Part shown: positions 1 through 9,087 of the stretch, in pieces | How the letters are laid out: the number at the start of each line of letters is the position of its first letter | Numbering within the stretch: the stretch's first letter is position 1 | Assembly: GCA_038065095.1 (NCBI GenBank) | Contig: JBBTRR010000004.1 | Location: 15,998-79,997 of the forward strand | DNA: 64,000 nt | Direction of reading: 5' to 3' | Source: Patescibacteria group bacterium | GTDB lineage: Bacteria; Patescibacteriota; Minisyncoccia; JACQLN01 | Notes under the pieces: model-generated | Seen by the model: the letters and a program-made list of their open reading frames with translations, nothing else | The model's database searches: none | Told to the model about the DNA's origin: nothing | Made by a program: the position numbers and the translations under genes

Positions 1-2590
1 CATTGTCGCCACCTTTTACCCCAAGAGTTTTTCTGCTTTCAACATTTTCATCCCTGCTTCCCGCTACGGTTTCTTTTGTAGGAAGGAACTCGCCAATAGC
101 ATCAGTTATTTCGCTTTGGTGTGTGCTAATTTTGCCTTCGCGTTCTGTTAATTCAGAGTCTATTTTGTCAACGTTAAAAGGTTTGCTTGTAGTTACTCCC
201 TCTGTAATAGTTGTTATGGTTAAAGATTCAGCCGTGGCCGTGCCTATACTTTTAACTTCTTGTAAGAAGTCGATAGACGGCATTTTACTGATTAAATCTA
301 AAACCCTGTCTATGTTCATCTTATTTATGTCCGATTTTTCTTCTATACCAAATGTTTCTTTTAATTCGTCAAAATGTGAGGTTAGTGTATTTTTTAGCGA
401 TGCCTCTACTAAAATAAGGGTTTTATCAATGATTTCTACCTTTGTTTTAGCTTTGGCCTTTTCGTCAGGCGGTGTTTGATCACTATCTCTTATTTTTTCT
501 AAATTTATTTTCCAAGTATTTCTTGCGTTTCTTTGGCTGTCCATCGCAGTTTTTCTTAAATCCGTCAATTCTGCTTCGTTTTCTGTTTGATCGCGCAATT
601 CTACATAGTTTTGGAGTGCTCCCAAAGCGCCTGTTTCTCGGGCGGCGCTATCGTAATCGGTTAACAAAGAATCGTATTGACTAATCACGGGCAATACAGA
701 ATTCATATATTCCATGTCATCGCCGTCACCCTCAATGTCGTTTTGAAAAGTTGCTAAAAGTTTTTTAGCGTTGTCTATCAATCCAGTGTAGGAGTTAGCT
801 ATGTTAAGGTACAAATTTTTGTTTGATCCCGCTCTGGTTAAAGCTAAAGAAAGATACTCTTTTTTCCATGTTGTAGGTGTGGTTTCTACCAATCCATCAT
901 TTTCTTCGCCTGGGGATCGTGTGAATAATAGTTGGTAGTATATATTTACTGTGTTTGTTACTTTAACAATCTTACCCTCTTTGTCGGTGAATGGCATATC
1001 TTCTTTTTTGGGATGTTCAAAGAATCTAACGTCGCTTATTTTTGAACTACAACTGTTGCGAAGTTGATCGCTTTCCGCCGAGTTAAAACTTTTTAGAGTT
1101 TGAATTATACTATCCCATTTGGAAGCGGTAACTTCGTTTAAAGCTTGATTAGCTAGGTAAGGGCCGGGGTTTTTAGATTCATCGTTAAGCTTTGCTCTTT
1201 CGTATTGAAGGTCAATGATATCATCTGCATCGTTTAGACCTCCGGTAGTTTTAAAATTGAAACCTTCTAATTTTTGTTTAAAAGTGCCTATGGTATTTTC
1301 GCCACGGGTTAATGAGCTTAATTGAGTGGATAATTTTTGGACGTTATTTTGAAAAGATAAAACTCGGTTAAGAAGATCGCTGGAAACCGGGCTTTCAGCG
1401 CCTATTACGGGCGGTAGTATCGCAGCTTGACCGTAGTAACCTGCGCCACCAGCTTTGGTAGCTTGGGTATAAGAGCCTGGCCCACTATTCATTTTAGACA
1501 GACCAGTTCTGGCTGCCCTGTTTACAGCTGCGTCTATTACTGCGTTGACTATCTCCCCAAGTTCTTTTGCGTTTATTAATGGGTCTAGCGATAATTTTTC
1601 TAAACCACCGCCAACCCAATCGCCCACAATACTGCCTGGGGTTATTGTTTCTTCTTCGGAACAGGTAGCTCCTATAGGTATGCCTACTTTGGGATCATAA
1701 TCTTGTATTCTGGATTCTCCTGTGGGGGTAAGACGTACGGAAGGTATGTTTACGTCGGTTATCGGAACTCCATCTATGGACTCACCAAAAATTAATGGCC
1801 AATCATAATTACCATCAGCATCTATGGCTAATAATTTGTTACCAAGATCAACCTCGTGTACGCCACCATACGGAGTGTCTTCAGAAAAAAATATTTTATA
1901 AAATGGAATTTCTATTTTGGTGCATTTTTTTGAGTCCAAGAATCCTTTGCCCGCCGTTATTTTTGCTATGGCTGTGTTTCCAGCTAAAGCTGCTTCCGCG
2001 CCTATAAGTTGCGTAGAAGCTAAGTATGTTCCAGGTAGTGTGTTTCTTGTTTCGTGCAGTTTTAACCAAGCTGTCCAGCCACCATCTTCAAAGTTGTTGG
2101 CGAATGCTTCCATATTTTTTTTGACGTCCGTCCAATTGCAACGCAACTGTTCTTCTTGTAATAATTTGGTTCTGTTTACCAGAAATTGAACATTGGCTTT
2201 AAATGGGGAACAAATATCAGAGCCTTGTTCGAGAAAAAATTTATCTATGGTTGATATCGTTGCAAATTTAATTTCATTTTTAATAAACTTTTTAGGATTT
2301 GTTATAAATCTTGGCTTACCGTTGCCCTGTACCCAATTAACTAAATCGTTTTGAATTTGGATAAGGTATCTTTTTTTTAGAGTTTGAAAAGCGAGATCGC
2401 CCCACTTGCCGTATTTCTTTTTAAAGTCCTCGGCTTTTTTAGCGAGGTCTTTTAGCTTTATATTGAAAGTTACTCCGCCGAATTGAGCTTGAGTTTCTTT
2501 GGGTTGGACAGGGTAAACAAAAGCAAAAATAAAAGACAAAATTATTCCAGTAGAAACGATGGCTACTTTTATATTAGTTGGCTTGTTCAT
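1..2590 (-). CDS. Large secreted hypothetical protein (>860 aa, partial; C-terminus outside the window)
   Basis: Hand translation from ATG at 2590-2588 reads MNKPTNIKVAIVSTGIILSFIFAFVYPVQP... (signal peptide) with no in-frame stop down to position 1. It overlaps the next gene by ATGA. It is absent from the ORF track, presumably because no stop codon lies in the window. The antisense plus-strand small ORFs are spurious. Confidence 0.55.
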   Translation of the reverse strand, partial: MNKPTNIKVAIVSTGIILSFIFAFVYPVQPKETQAQFGGVTFNIKLKDLAKKAEDFKKKYGKWGDLAFQTLKKRYLIQIQNDLVNWVQGNGKPRFITNPKKFIKNEIKFATISTIDKFFLEQGSDICSPFKANVQFLVNRTKLLQEEQLRCNWTDVKKNMEAFANNFEDGGWTAWLKLHETRNTLPGTYLASTQLIGAEAALAGNTAIAKITAGKGFLDSKKCTKIEIPFYKIFFSEDTPYGGVHEVDLGNKLLAIDADGNYDWPLIFGESIDGVPITDVNIPSVRLTPTGESRIQDYDPKVGIPIGATCSEEETITPGSIVGDWVGGGLEKLSLDPLINAKELGEIVNAVIDAAVNRAARTGLSKMNSGPGSYTQATKAGGAGYYGQAAILPPVIGAESPVSSDLLNRVLSFQNNVQKLSTQLSSLTRGENTIGTFKQKLEGFNFKTTGGLNDADDIIDLQYERAKLNDESKNPGPYLANQALNEVTASKWDSIIQTLKSFNSAESDQLRNSCSSKISDVRFFEHPKKEDMPFTDKEGKIVKVTNTVNIYYQLLFTRSPGEENDGLVETTPTTWKKEYLSLALTRAGSNKNLYLNIANSYTGLIDNAKKLLATFQNDIEGDGDDMEYMNSVLPVISQYDSLLTDYDSAARETGALGALQNYVELRDQTENEAELTDLRKTAMDSQRNARNTWKINLEKIRDSDQTPPDEKAKAKTKVEIIDKTLILVEASLKNTLTSHFDELKETFGIEEKSDINKMNIDRVLDLISKMPSIDFLQEVKSIGTATAESLTITTITEGVTTSKPFNVDKIDSELTEREGKISTHQSEITDAIGEFLPTKETVAGSRDENVESRKTLGVKGGDN

Positions 2591-3375
2591 TTTTGCGTGG
2601 CCGAAGTTTTGGCATAATCATTTAAAGTTTGTTGCCAAAAATAAGTTACACTATCCATTTGATTCAAAGTCATAAGTGATTTTAGTGGATCTTCCAAATC
2701 ACCCTTCATAACTTCTACTATTTTTTTTGCGCTAATAACGCTGATCATAAGATTTTTATGAAGATTTAAATATTTAGGTGGAATTTCTATTTCCGACAAG
2801 TTTCTAAAAGAATCCCCAAGGGTATTGGAATAAGAATTTAATTTATTTTGAACTCCCTCGTCGCTCAGTTTTTCCAAATCTATTTCTAAAATATTTGTCA
2901 TAGCTGTTAATATTTTTTCTGTTTCTTTTTTTGTTGAGTCAAAATATTTTTTACGGTTAGCTGATGAATCATTGGAAGTTTTAAGAACAGATGTTGGTAT
3001 TATAGGGAATAAGTTTATTTCGTTAGATTTAAAATATGGCATAACAGTTTCCACTAAAAAATCGGAGCTTTGAACTTTTTGAGCCGAAACACTTGTTAGC
3101 CCAGCCGTATCAATAACTGTACTTAGAAATTCATCTGTTAAATTTTTATCTTCTGGAGCAACGTAGGCGTTTTGATTTTCTTTTTCTTGCTCGTTAAGCT
3201 TTAAAAGCTCGCCTAAAAGTTCATCGCTGGTTTTGCCAGCCGATAATGGAGTAGAAGCTTCATCTACACCATAACTAACAGTTGTTTTTAAAACCAAGTA
3301 AGCGCCACCAAAAATACCTAGCAAGAAAACCAAAACCAAGCCAAACCAAAAGTATTTTCTGGGGTGATTAGTCAT
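2587..3375 (-). CDS. Membrane-anchored hypothetical protein (N-terminal TM)
   Basis: 262-aa ORF with N-terminal hydrophobic helix FWFGLVLVFLLGIFGGAYLVL. Translationally coupled (ATGA) to the downstream large secreted ORF. Confidence 0.5.
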   Translation of the reverse strand: MTNHPRKYFWFGLVLVFLLGIFGGAYLVLKTTVSYGVDEASTPLSAGKTSDELLGELLKLNEQEKENQNAYVAPEDKNLTDEFLSTVIDTAGLTSVSAQKVQSSDFLVETVMPYFKSNEINLFPIIPTSVLKTSNDSSANRKKYFDSTKKETEKILTAMTNILEIDLEKLSDEGVQNKLNSYSNTLGDSFRNLSEIEIPPKYLNLHKNLMISVISAKKIVEVMKGDLEDPLKSLMTLNQMDSVTYFWQQTLNDYAKTSATQK

Positions 3376-3585
3376 TAGGTAAATTTTAACACTATTGACG
3401 GGTTTTTACGTCGTCGAATATATCAATGTTTTCCACAGAAAAATGGCAAAAACATTACTAAACTATTATAAGAAATGTCTAATTTAAAATGATTAAAAAT
3501 TCTTCAAGGCTAAACCTTGGGGATTCTTAAGGTTTAGCCTTAGGTTTAAGATTTTTATCATTAGACCTTGATTAGATATTTGAGC

Positions 3586-4488
3586 TTAGGCATTTGTCAT
3601 TATTTTTTCATATAATGCCTTAAGTGTTTTGATATCTAGGTTCTGGGCTCTAATTTTTTTATCAAATTTAAGTTCGTTAAAGATGTTTTCTAGTTCATCG
3701 GGTTTAGCCGAATTTGTTTTTTTAAGGTTGTTAAAAAGTGTCTGCCGAGGCTGTTTAAATGCTTTTCTTAGAAATTCTATAAATTCGCTAAATTCATTGC
3801 CCTTAAATTCATTATCTTTAGTTCCAACTCTAAACGTGTCATGAGCATACGATCGTAAGCTCGGGACACATAAGTAAGGAGTCAGCCTGATTATCACAGA
3901 GTCTACTTTTGGTTGGGGCCAGAAGTTTTCTTTGCCTACTTTAAACAGAATTTCGGTTTCAGCCATAAATTGTATTAACGAAGAAAGATAGTTCGCCTTT
4001 GGTGGCTGGGCCGTAATCCGCTCGCCCACCTCTTTTTGAACCATAAGTATCAATTCCGAAGGCTTATTAGTGGAAAGCAGGAATTTTTGGATCAGTTTGC
4101 CCGTTAAATAGTAAGGAATATTGGCAATTATCCGATACGGAGATTTGAGAATTTTTTCGTCAAATTTTAAAATATCCCCCTCAATAATTTTTAATTTGCT
4201 TGCCCCGAGCTTGGTCGAGGGGTAATTTTGAGATTTTAATTTCAACAATTCGGTCAAATTATCATCTTTCTCTATCGCTATTATATTTGCTCCAGCTTCC
4301 AATAACGCCATAGTCAGATTTCCTGTGCCTGGTCCAACTTCTAAAATATTCTCACCACTTTTAATTTTAGCTTCTATAATTATGCGTTTTATTATTTCTT
4401 CGGAAACTAAAAAATTTTGACCAAAATGCTTTATTGGTTGTAAGTTTTTTTGTTTTAATTTGGATTTAGTTTCTTTAACTAGTTTCAT
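3586..4488 (-). CDS. rsmA: 16S rRNA (adenine1518/1519-N6)-dimethyltransferase RsmA/KsgA
   Basis: FGQNFL motif, SAM-binding EVGPGTGNLT and VDS..IRL motif typical of KsgA. Contains an in-frame 39-bp palindromic repeat (see 3833-3872). Confidence 0.85.
   Translation of the reverse strand: MKLVKETKSKLKQKNLQPIKHFGQNFLVSEEIIKRIIIEAKIKSGENILEVGPGTGNLTMALLEAGANIIAIEKDDNLTELLKLKSQNYPSTKLGASKLKIIEGDILKFDEKILKSPYRIIANIPYYLTGKLIQKFLLSTNKPSELILMVQKEVGERITAQPPKANYLSSLIQFMAETEILFKVGKENFWPQPKVDSVIIRLTPYLCVPSLRSYAHDTFRVGTKDNEFKGNEFSEFIEFLRKAFKQPRQTLFNNLKKTNSAKPDELENIFNELKFDKKIRAQNLDIKTLKALYEKIMTNA
3833..3872. repeat. 39-bp nested palindromic element inside the rsmA coding region
   Basis: On the coding strand it reads gtgtcccgagcttacgatcgtatgctcatgacacgtt (encodes CVPSLRSYAHDT). 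The first 24 nt are identical to the hairpin at 42974-43013 downstream of trpS. Confidence 0.6.
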
Positions 4489-4500
4489 ATTTTAAATAGT

Positions 4501-4612
4501 CTGGATATAAAAAATCAAAGTGTAAAATGAAAAATGGCAGATCAAGATTTAAAAATTATTTTTCTATCTTTAATATGTCATTTTTATATTTAATTTTTAA
4601 TGTTTTATATCT
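4501..4612. repeat. AT-rich palindromic intergenic repeat, copy 1
   Basis: About 80% identical over about 100 bp to 33181-33300 (aaagtgYaaaatgaMaaat ... atatgtcatttt.atattt.atttttaatgttt.atat). Internally inverted-repeated. Confidence 0.5.
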
Positions 4613-6518
4613 CCAATATTTCCTCTCCCATTTCGTATTCTTCAAACTCCACCAACCTTACTGGTATATCACCCAAAAAACGCGAAGGCAAGGCGGGTTC
4701 ACTTTTACCATAAATAGTTCTGCGGCGAGTAAATACAAAATAAGTCTTTTCTTTGGCCCGGGTTATGCCAACATAGGCGAGTCGTCTTTCCTCTTCCATT
4801 TGGGCAGGTTCAAACATACTTCGGGAATGTGGCAGTAAGCCTTCTTCGGCGCCAATAATAAACACTATAGGAAATTCTAAGCCTTTGGCCGAATGAAGTG
4901 TCATTAAGTTTAATGTGCCGTTTTCTTCGGAGATATCGTCGGCCGAAGTGGTTAGAGTTATTTCTTCTAAAAAAGAATAAAGCCCTTCTTGTGGTTCTAA
5001 CGAATCAAATTTAGTGGCTACTGTGGTAAGTTCTAAAATATTTTCCCAACGAGCCGCGCCTTCTTCGGTGCCATCTAAACAATAATTTTTATAATTTATT
5101 TTTTCTAGTAAAGATTTTATTAGTTCGGAAACCTTTTTATTCTCGGATTCTTTTTTAATTTCGTTAATTAAACTTAAAAAGTTTTCAAACTTAGTGTGTT
5201 TAAAATCAAAAATATTTTCGGTAAAAAGCACTTGGCTTAATGTGGTCTTACCAATACCGCGCGGTGGCACATTAACAATTCTTTTTAAACTAATAGAATC
5301 TTTTTGGTTTTGAATAAATCTTAAATAAGCAATAATATCTTTAACTTCACGGCGTTCGTAAAATTTTATGGCGCCTACCATTCGGTACGGCCAACCTGCC
5401 CTAATAATGGCCTCTTCTATGGCGCGCGATTGCGCATTGGTGCGGTAAAGAATAACAAAATCGTTAAGATCTCGGGCTATTTCTGGTTTGGCTCTTAATA
5501 TTTTTTTAATTTCTTCGGTTACAAAAAAACCTTCCTCCATTTCGTTGGCGGTTTGAACTATCTTAATTTTTTCGCCTGCGCCACGCTCGGTCCATAATTT
5601 TTTTTCTGTTTTAAAAACATTTTTGGCAATAACCGCATGAGCCGCGTCTAAAACATTTTGGGAGCTTCTATAATTTTCTTCTAAAAATATTATTTTTGTG
5701 CCAGAGTAATCTTTTTCAAAGTTAAGCATGTTTCTAAAATCGGAACCGCGAAAAAGATAAATTGATTGCCAATCGTCGCCCACCACACAAATATTTTTAT
5801 GTTTTTCGGCCAGCATTTTTAACAAGGTATATTGAACATGGTTGGTGTCTTGGTATTCGTCTACCAAAATATATTTAAATTTATTTTGATATTTGGCTAA
5901 TACTTCTGGATTATTTTTAAAAACTTTAACCAAAAGAAAAAGTAAATCATCAAAATCTAAAGCATTAGCTTCTTTTAATTTACTTTCATATTTTTCGAAA
6001 ACTTTAGCTATTATTTTTTCTCTAAAGCTACCAGCCCTTTCTGAATAAATCGTGGCATCAACCAACTCATTTTTTTGACGTGATATTGTTGAATATATTC
6101 CAGTGGCTTTAAATTGATCTGAATCTAGGCCAAGCTCGGCAATAATTTCTTTTAATAAAGAAATTACGTCGCTGACATCGTATATAACAAAATTTTTGCC
6201 GTAACCTATATTATGTATTTCGTGCCTCAAAAGCCTGGCGGCAAAAGAATGAAACGTGCCCAAAAAAACAGACATATTTTTGTCGGCGCCTAAAAGATTT
6301 TGAACACGATTTTTCATTTCGCCGGCAGCCTTATTGGTAAAAGTTAAAGCTAGAATATTTTCGGGAGCAATTCCTTGTTCTATTAAATAAGCAATTCTGT
6401 GTGTAAGAGCTTTTGTTTTTCCGCTTCCTGCACCAGCAATTATTAAAACTGGACCATTTATAGTGGTTACCGCTTCTTGTTGTTCTTTATTTAAATTTTT
6501 TAAGATGTCGGACATCAC
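4605..6518 (-). CDS. pcrA: UvrD/PcrA-family ATP-dependent DNA helicase
   Basis: Walker A GAGSGKT, LALTFTNKAAGEM and VDEYQDTN motifs of superfamily-1 UvrD/Rep helicases. Confidence 0.85.
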   Translation of the reverse strand: MMSDILKNLNKEQQEAVTTINGPVLIIAGAGSGKTKALTHRIAYLIEQGIAPENILALTFTNKAAGEMKNRVQNLLGADKNMSVFLGTFHSFAARLLRHEIHNIGYGKNFVIYDVSDVISLLKEIIAELGLDSDQFKATGIYSTISRQKNELVDATIYSERAGSFREKIIAKVFEKYESKLKEANALDFDDLLFLLVKVFKNNPEVLAKYQNKFKYILVDEYQDTNHVQYTLLKMLAEKHKNICVVGDDWQSIYLFRGSDFRNMLNFEKDYSGTKIIFLEENYRSSQNVLDAAHAVIAKNVFKTEKKLWTERGAGEKIKIVQTANEMEEGFFVTEEIKKILRAKPEIARDLNDFVILYRTNAQSRAIEEAIIRAGWPYRMVGAIKFYERREVKDIIAYLRFIQNQKDSISLKRIVNVPPRGIGKTTLSQVLFTENIFDFKHTKFENFLSLINEIKKESENKKVSELIKSLLEKINYKNYCLDGTEEGAARWENILELTTVATKFDSLEPQEGLYSFLEEITLTTSADDISEENGTLNLMTLHSAKGLEFPIVFIIGAEEGLLPHSRSMFEPAQMEEERRLAYVGITRAKEKTYFVFTRRRTIYGKSEPALPSRFLGDIPVRLVEFEEYEMGEEILEI

Positions 6519-6540
6519 AAAATTATAGCAGATTATTAAT

Positions 6541-6725
6541 TTTCAATTATCAATTCACAATTATCAATGAATTTTCAAGGTCTTAATTTTCAAACCCATT
6601 TGATAATTGAATCATTGTTTGACCCCCGTAGTCTTGCCGTGCCACTCCATAGCCTTTGGCGAAGGGCGGGCGAAGTGGGAGAGTTTGATTGAAAATTGAA
6701 CATTGTAAATTGAAAATTTGAATCA
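6541..6725. repeat. Composite palindromic intergenic element, copy 1, with nested GC-rich insert
   Basis: Left arm caattatcaatgaattttcaa and right arm tgaaaattgaacattgtaaattgaaaattt are identical to the copy at 31785-31872. They flank a about 60-bp GC-rich insert (6634-6694) whose reverse complement matches the tRNA-Pro 5' leader at 58185-58225. Confidence 0.55.
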
Positions 6726-6965
6726 ACTGGATCTGTGGACTACCTGATTGACCCAATGTCTCAAAAAAGCTATCATTTACCTATAACCTTGCCTTGCAGG
6801 GTTTTGTGCTTAAATAAGCTTTCTAAGCCAATATTCAGCTATTTTGGGGCTAGAGTAATTATCTAGCCAGATTAGTTTAGTAGAGGTCAATATCCGATTA
6901 GTATTTGGTATAAAATTTTATCTTTTTACGAAAACATTCTCGCTTCTTTAAAGAGTAAGCGAGTT

Positions 6966-8084
6966 TTGTTCTTAAGCTTTTCATTATCTAGAAAACTGAT
7001 ATACACATCAGTTTTTTTGTTTGTCCTATCTTTTGGATCAATTTTATTTTTTTCTGGTAATAATTCTGCTAGTTTAGATTCGGATAATAAGAGTATAGTA
7101 GAAGAAATAGATACTGGGGATGAAAGTTTTTTAAAAAAGATAATACCTCAAGAATCTCCGGTAACCTCGGCTATTTTATTTGCTGGTAATTTAGAAAGTA
7201 GAATTAGCGGAGTATTTCGTGGAACAAATTCAAATGGGGTTTTGGGTGGTCCAGAGGATAGTGCGAGTAATTTAGAAACAGCCGGCAATGCTTTAGTAGC
7301 ACAGGGTTCGATATTGGCTATAATTCCAGCAAACACAGATAGTTTTGTATCAGACGGAAACATATTTACCTACGAAATTGAAACTGGAGACAGTTTGGAA
7401 TCAATCGCTAACGATTTTGGTGTTTCAGTTGATACATTACTTAGCGCTAATAACTTACCCAAAGGAACTAAACTAAAAGTTGGCGATAAACTTTCAGTTT
7501 TACCGGTTGATGGTGTTAGACACACTATAAAATCTGGAGACACTATTAAATCTATCGCTATTAAATATAATGCCGATGAAGTTAGAATAATTGCTTTTAA
7601 TGATTTACCCGACGATGGCAAAATTGTTACAGGACAAATTTTAACAATTCCTGGTGGCGAATACCACGTACCAATAAGTATAAGGTATGCGCCGTCTCAA
7701 AATCCATCTGCCGAAAGTTTGCCGATTATTACAGGTTACTATGGTCGTCCATCTAATGGGCGAATAACATTTGGTTTACACAGGTTCAACGCTGTAGATA
7801 TTGGTGGACACGAATGGTGCAATACCCCTCTCTACGCTTCAGCCGCAGGCATTATTATTACTGCCGATGCTCAAGGTTGGAATGGTGGTTATGGTAAATA
7901 TATAAAAATTTCGCACGATAATGGCACTATTACTTTGTATGCCCACGCTTCGCAACTTTTAGTAAGCGAGGGCCAGAGTGTTAAAAAAAGCCAAACCATA
8001 GCTTTGATGGGTTCTACCGGCAATACTACCGGTTGCCATGTTCACTTTGAAGTCCGTGGCGCTAAAAACCCTTTCGCGAACTAG
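6966..8084 (+). CDS. LysM-domain M23 family metallopeptidase (cell-wall hydrolase)
   Basis: N-terminal TM/signal, two LysM repeats (GDSLESIANDFGVSVDTL; GDTIKSIAIKYNADE), C-terminal M23 core with HxH (GCHVHFEV). Confidence 0.8.
   Translation: MFLSFSLSRKLIYTSVFLFVLSFGSILFFSGNNSASLDSDNKSIVEEIDTGDESFLKKIIPQESPVTSAILFAGNLESRISGVFRGTNSNGVLGGPEDSASNLETAGNALVAQGSILAIIPANTDSFVSDGNIFTYEIETGDSLESIANDFGVSVDTLLSANNLPKGTKLKVGDKLSVLPVDGVRHTIKSGDTIKSIAIKYNADEVRIIAFNDLPDDGKIVTGQILTIPGGEYHVPISIRYAPSQNPSAESLPIITGYYGRPSNGRITFGLHRFNAVDIGGHEWCNTPLYASAAGIIITADAQGWNGGYGKYIKISHDNGTITLYAHASQLLVSEGQSVKKSQTIALMGSTGNTTGCHVHFEVRGAKNPFAN
8054..8084. repeat. 31-bp direct repeat, left copy (3' end of the M23 gene)
   Basis: tccgtggcgctaaaaaccctttcgcgaacta is identical to 8742-8772; the two copies bracket the higBA-like cassette. 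Confidence 0.7.
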
Positions 8085-8115
8085 TTTGTAAAATATATTT
8101 ATTGAACAAACATAA

Positions 8116-8430
8116 ATGGAGGTTAAAATTTTTGACGATAATTTAGAAAAGTTCATAAAATCGCTGGAAAAACCAACTATAGCCAAAGTGCTGCGCATAA
8201 TTGATCTCTTGGAACTTTTTGGAAATAAATTGAATATGCCCCACAGCAAAAAAGTAGCTGTTCATCTTTTTGAATTAAGGGTAAGAGGCATTCAAGATGT
8301 GAGAATTTTATATGCTTTTAATAAAGGAGAAGTAGTATTACTCCACGGCTTTATAAAAAAGAGCAGTCGTATTCCTAAAAAAGAAATAGATATTGCCTTG
8401 AGTAAGTTGAATCGCTTGACTCGTGTATAA
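8116..8430 (+). CDS. higB: HigB-like toxin (Gp49/DUF891-type RelE/ParE superfamily)
   Basis: 104 aa; ...HLFELRVRGIQDVRILYAFNKGEVVLLHGFIKKSSRIPKKEIDIA is typical of the phage Gp49-like toxin family. Followed by an XRE antitoxin. Confidence 0.7.
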   Translation: MEVKIFDDNLEKFIKSLEKPTIAKVLRIIDLLELFGNKLNMPHSKKVAVHLFELRVRGIQDVRILYAFNKGEVVLLHGFIKKSSRIPKKEIDIALSKLNRLTRV

Positions 8431-8451
8431 CGTATAAGTTATAGTGGAATT

Positions 8452-8730
8452 ATGAAAAAATACTCTGTATTAAAAAAACAACTTCTTAAAGATAAAATTG
8501 TAAAAAAGGTCTACGATGATTTAGGGTCGGAATTTAAGGTTATAGCTCTGTTCATTAAAAAGCGGTTAGAAAAAGGTTTAACTCAACAGGAACTAGCCCG
8601 TCGGATTGGCACTAAACAATCGGCTATTGCCCGCTTTGAATCTGGCACTTATAATCCCACTATAGATTTTTTAAATAAAGTTGCCTTAGGCTTAAACACT
8701 CGCATTAAGATTTCAATAGATTTTAAATAA
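8452..8730 (+). CDS. higA: XRE-family HTH antitoxin (HigA-like)
   Basis: 92 aa; HTH LTQQELARRIGTKQSAIARFESG immediately downstream of the toxin gene (HigBA order). Confidence 0.7.
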   Translation: MKKYSVLKKQLLKDKIVKKVYDDLGSEFKVIALFIKKRLEKGLTQQELARRIGTKQSAIARFESGTYNPTIDFLNKVALGLNTRIKISIDFK

Positions 8731-8741
8731 ATATCTTTGTA

Positions 8742-8772
8742 ATCCGTGGCGCTAAAAACCCTTTCGCGAACT
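8742..8772. repeat. 31-bp direct repeat, right copy
   Basis: Identical to 8054-8084. Here it is preceded by taa and followed by aataa, consistent with being the ancestral 3' end of the M23 gene. Confidence 0.7.
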
Positions 8773-8786
8773 AAATAAATTTAATT

Positions 8787-8826
8787 AAAAAAACCGCCCC
8801 GATCCTATATCGGGGCGGTTTTTTGT
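8787..8826. terminator. Bidirectional Rho-independent terminator
   Basis: aaaaaaaccgccccgatcctatatcggggcggtttttt: GC stem flanked by an A-tract and a T-tract between convergent genes. Confidence 0.6.
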
Positions 8827-9087
8827 TTACCGATACAAATGGCTGTGACTATTAACAGCTACAAAAATAGCCACGTCTTTTGTATCTTGTTTATATATAG
8901 CTCTTAAATCGCCGCTTATGTTTATGCTTCTATAGCTAGCATATTTACCCTCAAGAGGGTGATTATTTAGAATGGGGTTAAATATGTCTAAAAGAAAAAT
9001 CGTCAATCTTTCTTTTAGCTTAGATTGCTCGTTCGCTTTTAGTTTCTGAAATTGCTTTTCAAAGTTTCTATGAAAACGAATAATCAT
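8827..9087 (-). CDS. RelE/YafQ-family mRNA interferase toxin
   Basis: 86 aa; ...HPLEGKYASYRSINISGDLRAIYKQDTKDVAIFVAVNSHSHLY is the RelE/YafQ C-terminal signature. 4-bp overlap with the upstream antitoxin. Confidence 0.7.
   Translation of the reverse strand: MIIRFHRNFEKQFQKLKANEQSKLKERLTIFLLDIFNPILNNHPLEGKYASYRSINISGDLRAIYKQDTKDVAIFVAVNSHSHLYR

Noticed and set aside
3-2189. Plus-strand ORFs 3..479, 472..684, 1795..2007, 1917..2189 on the ORF track
   Set aside because: They are antisense to a continuous >860-aa minus-strand ORF with a signal peptide and give low-complexity translations, so they are spurious.
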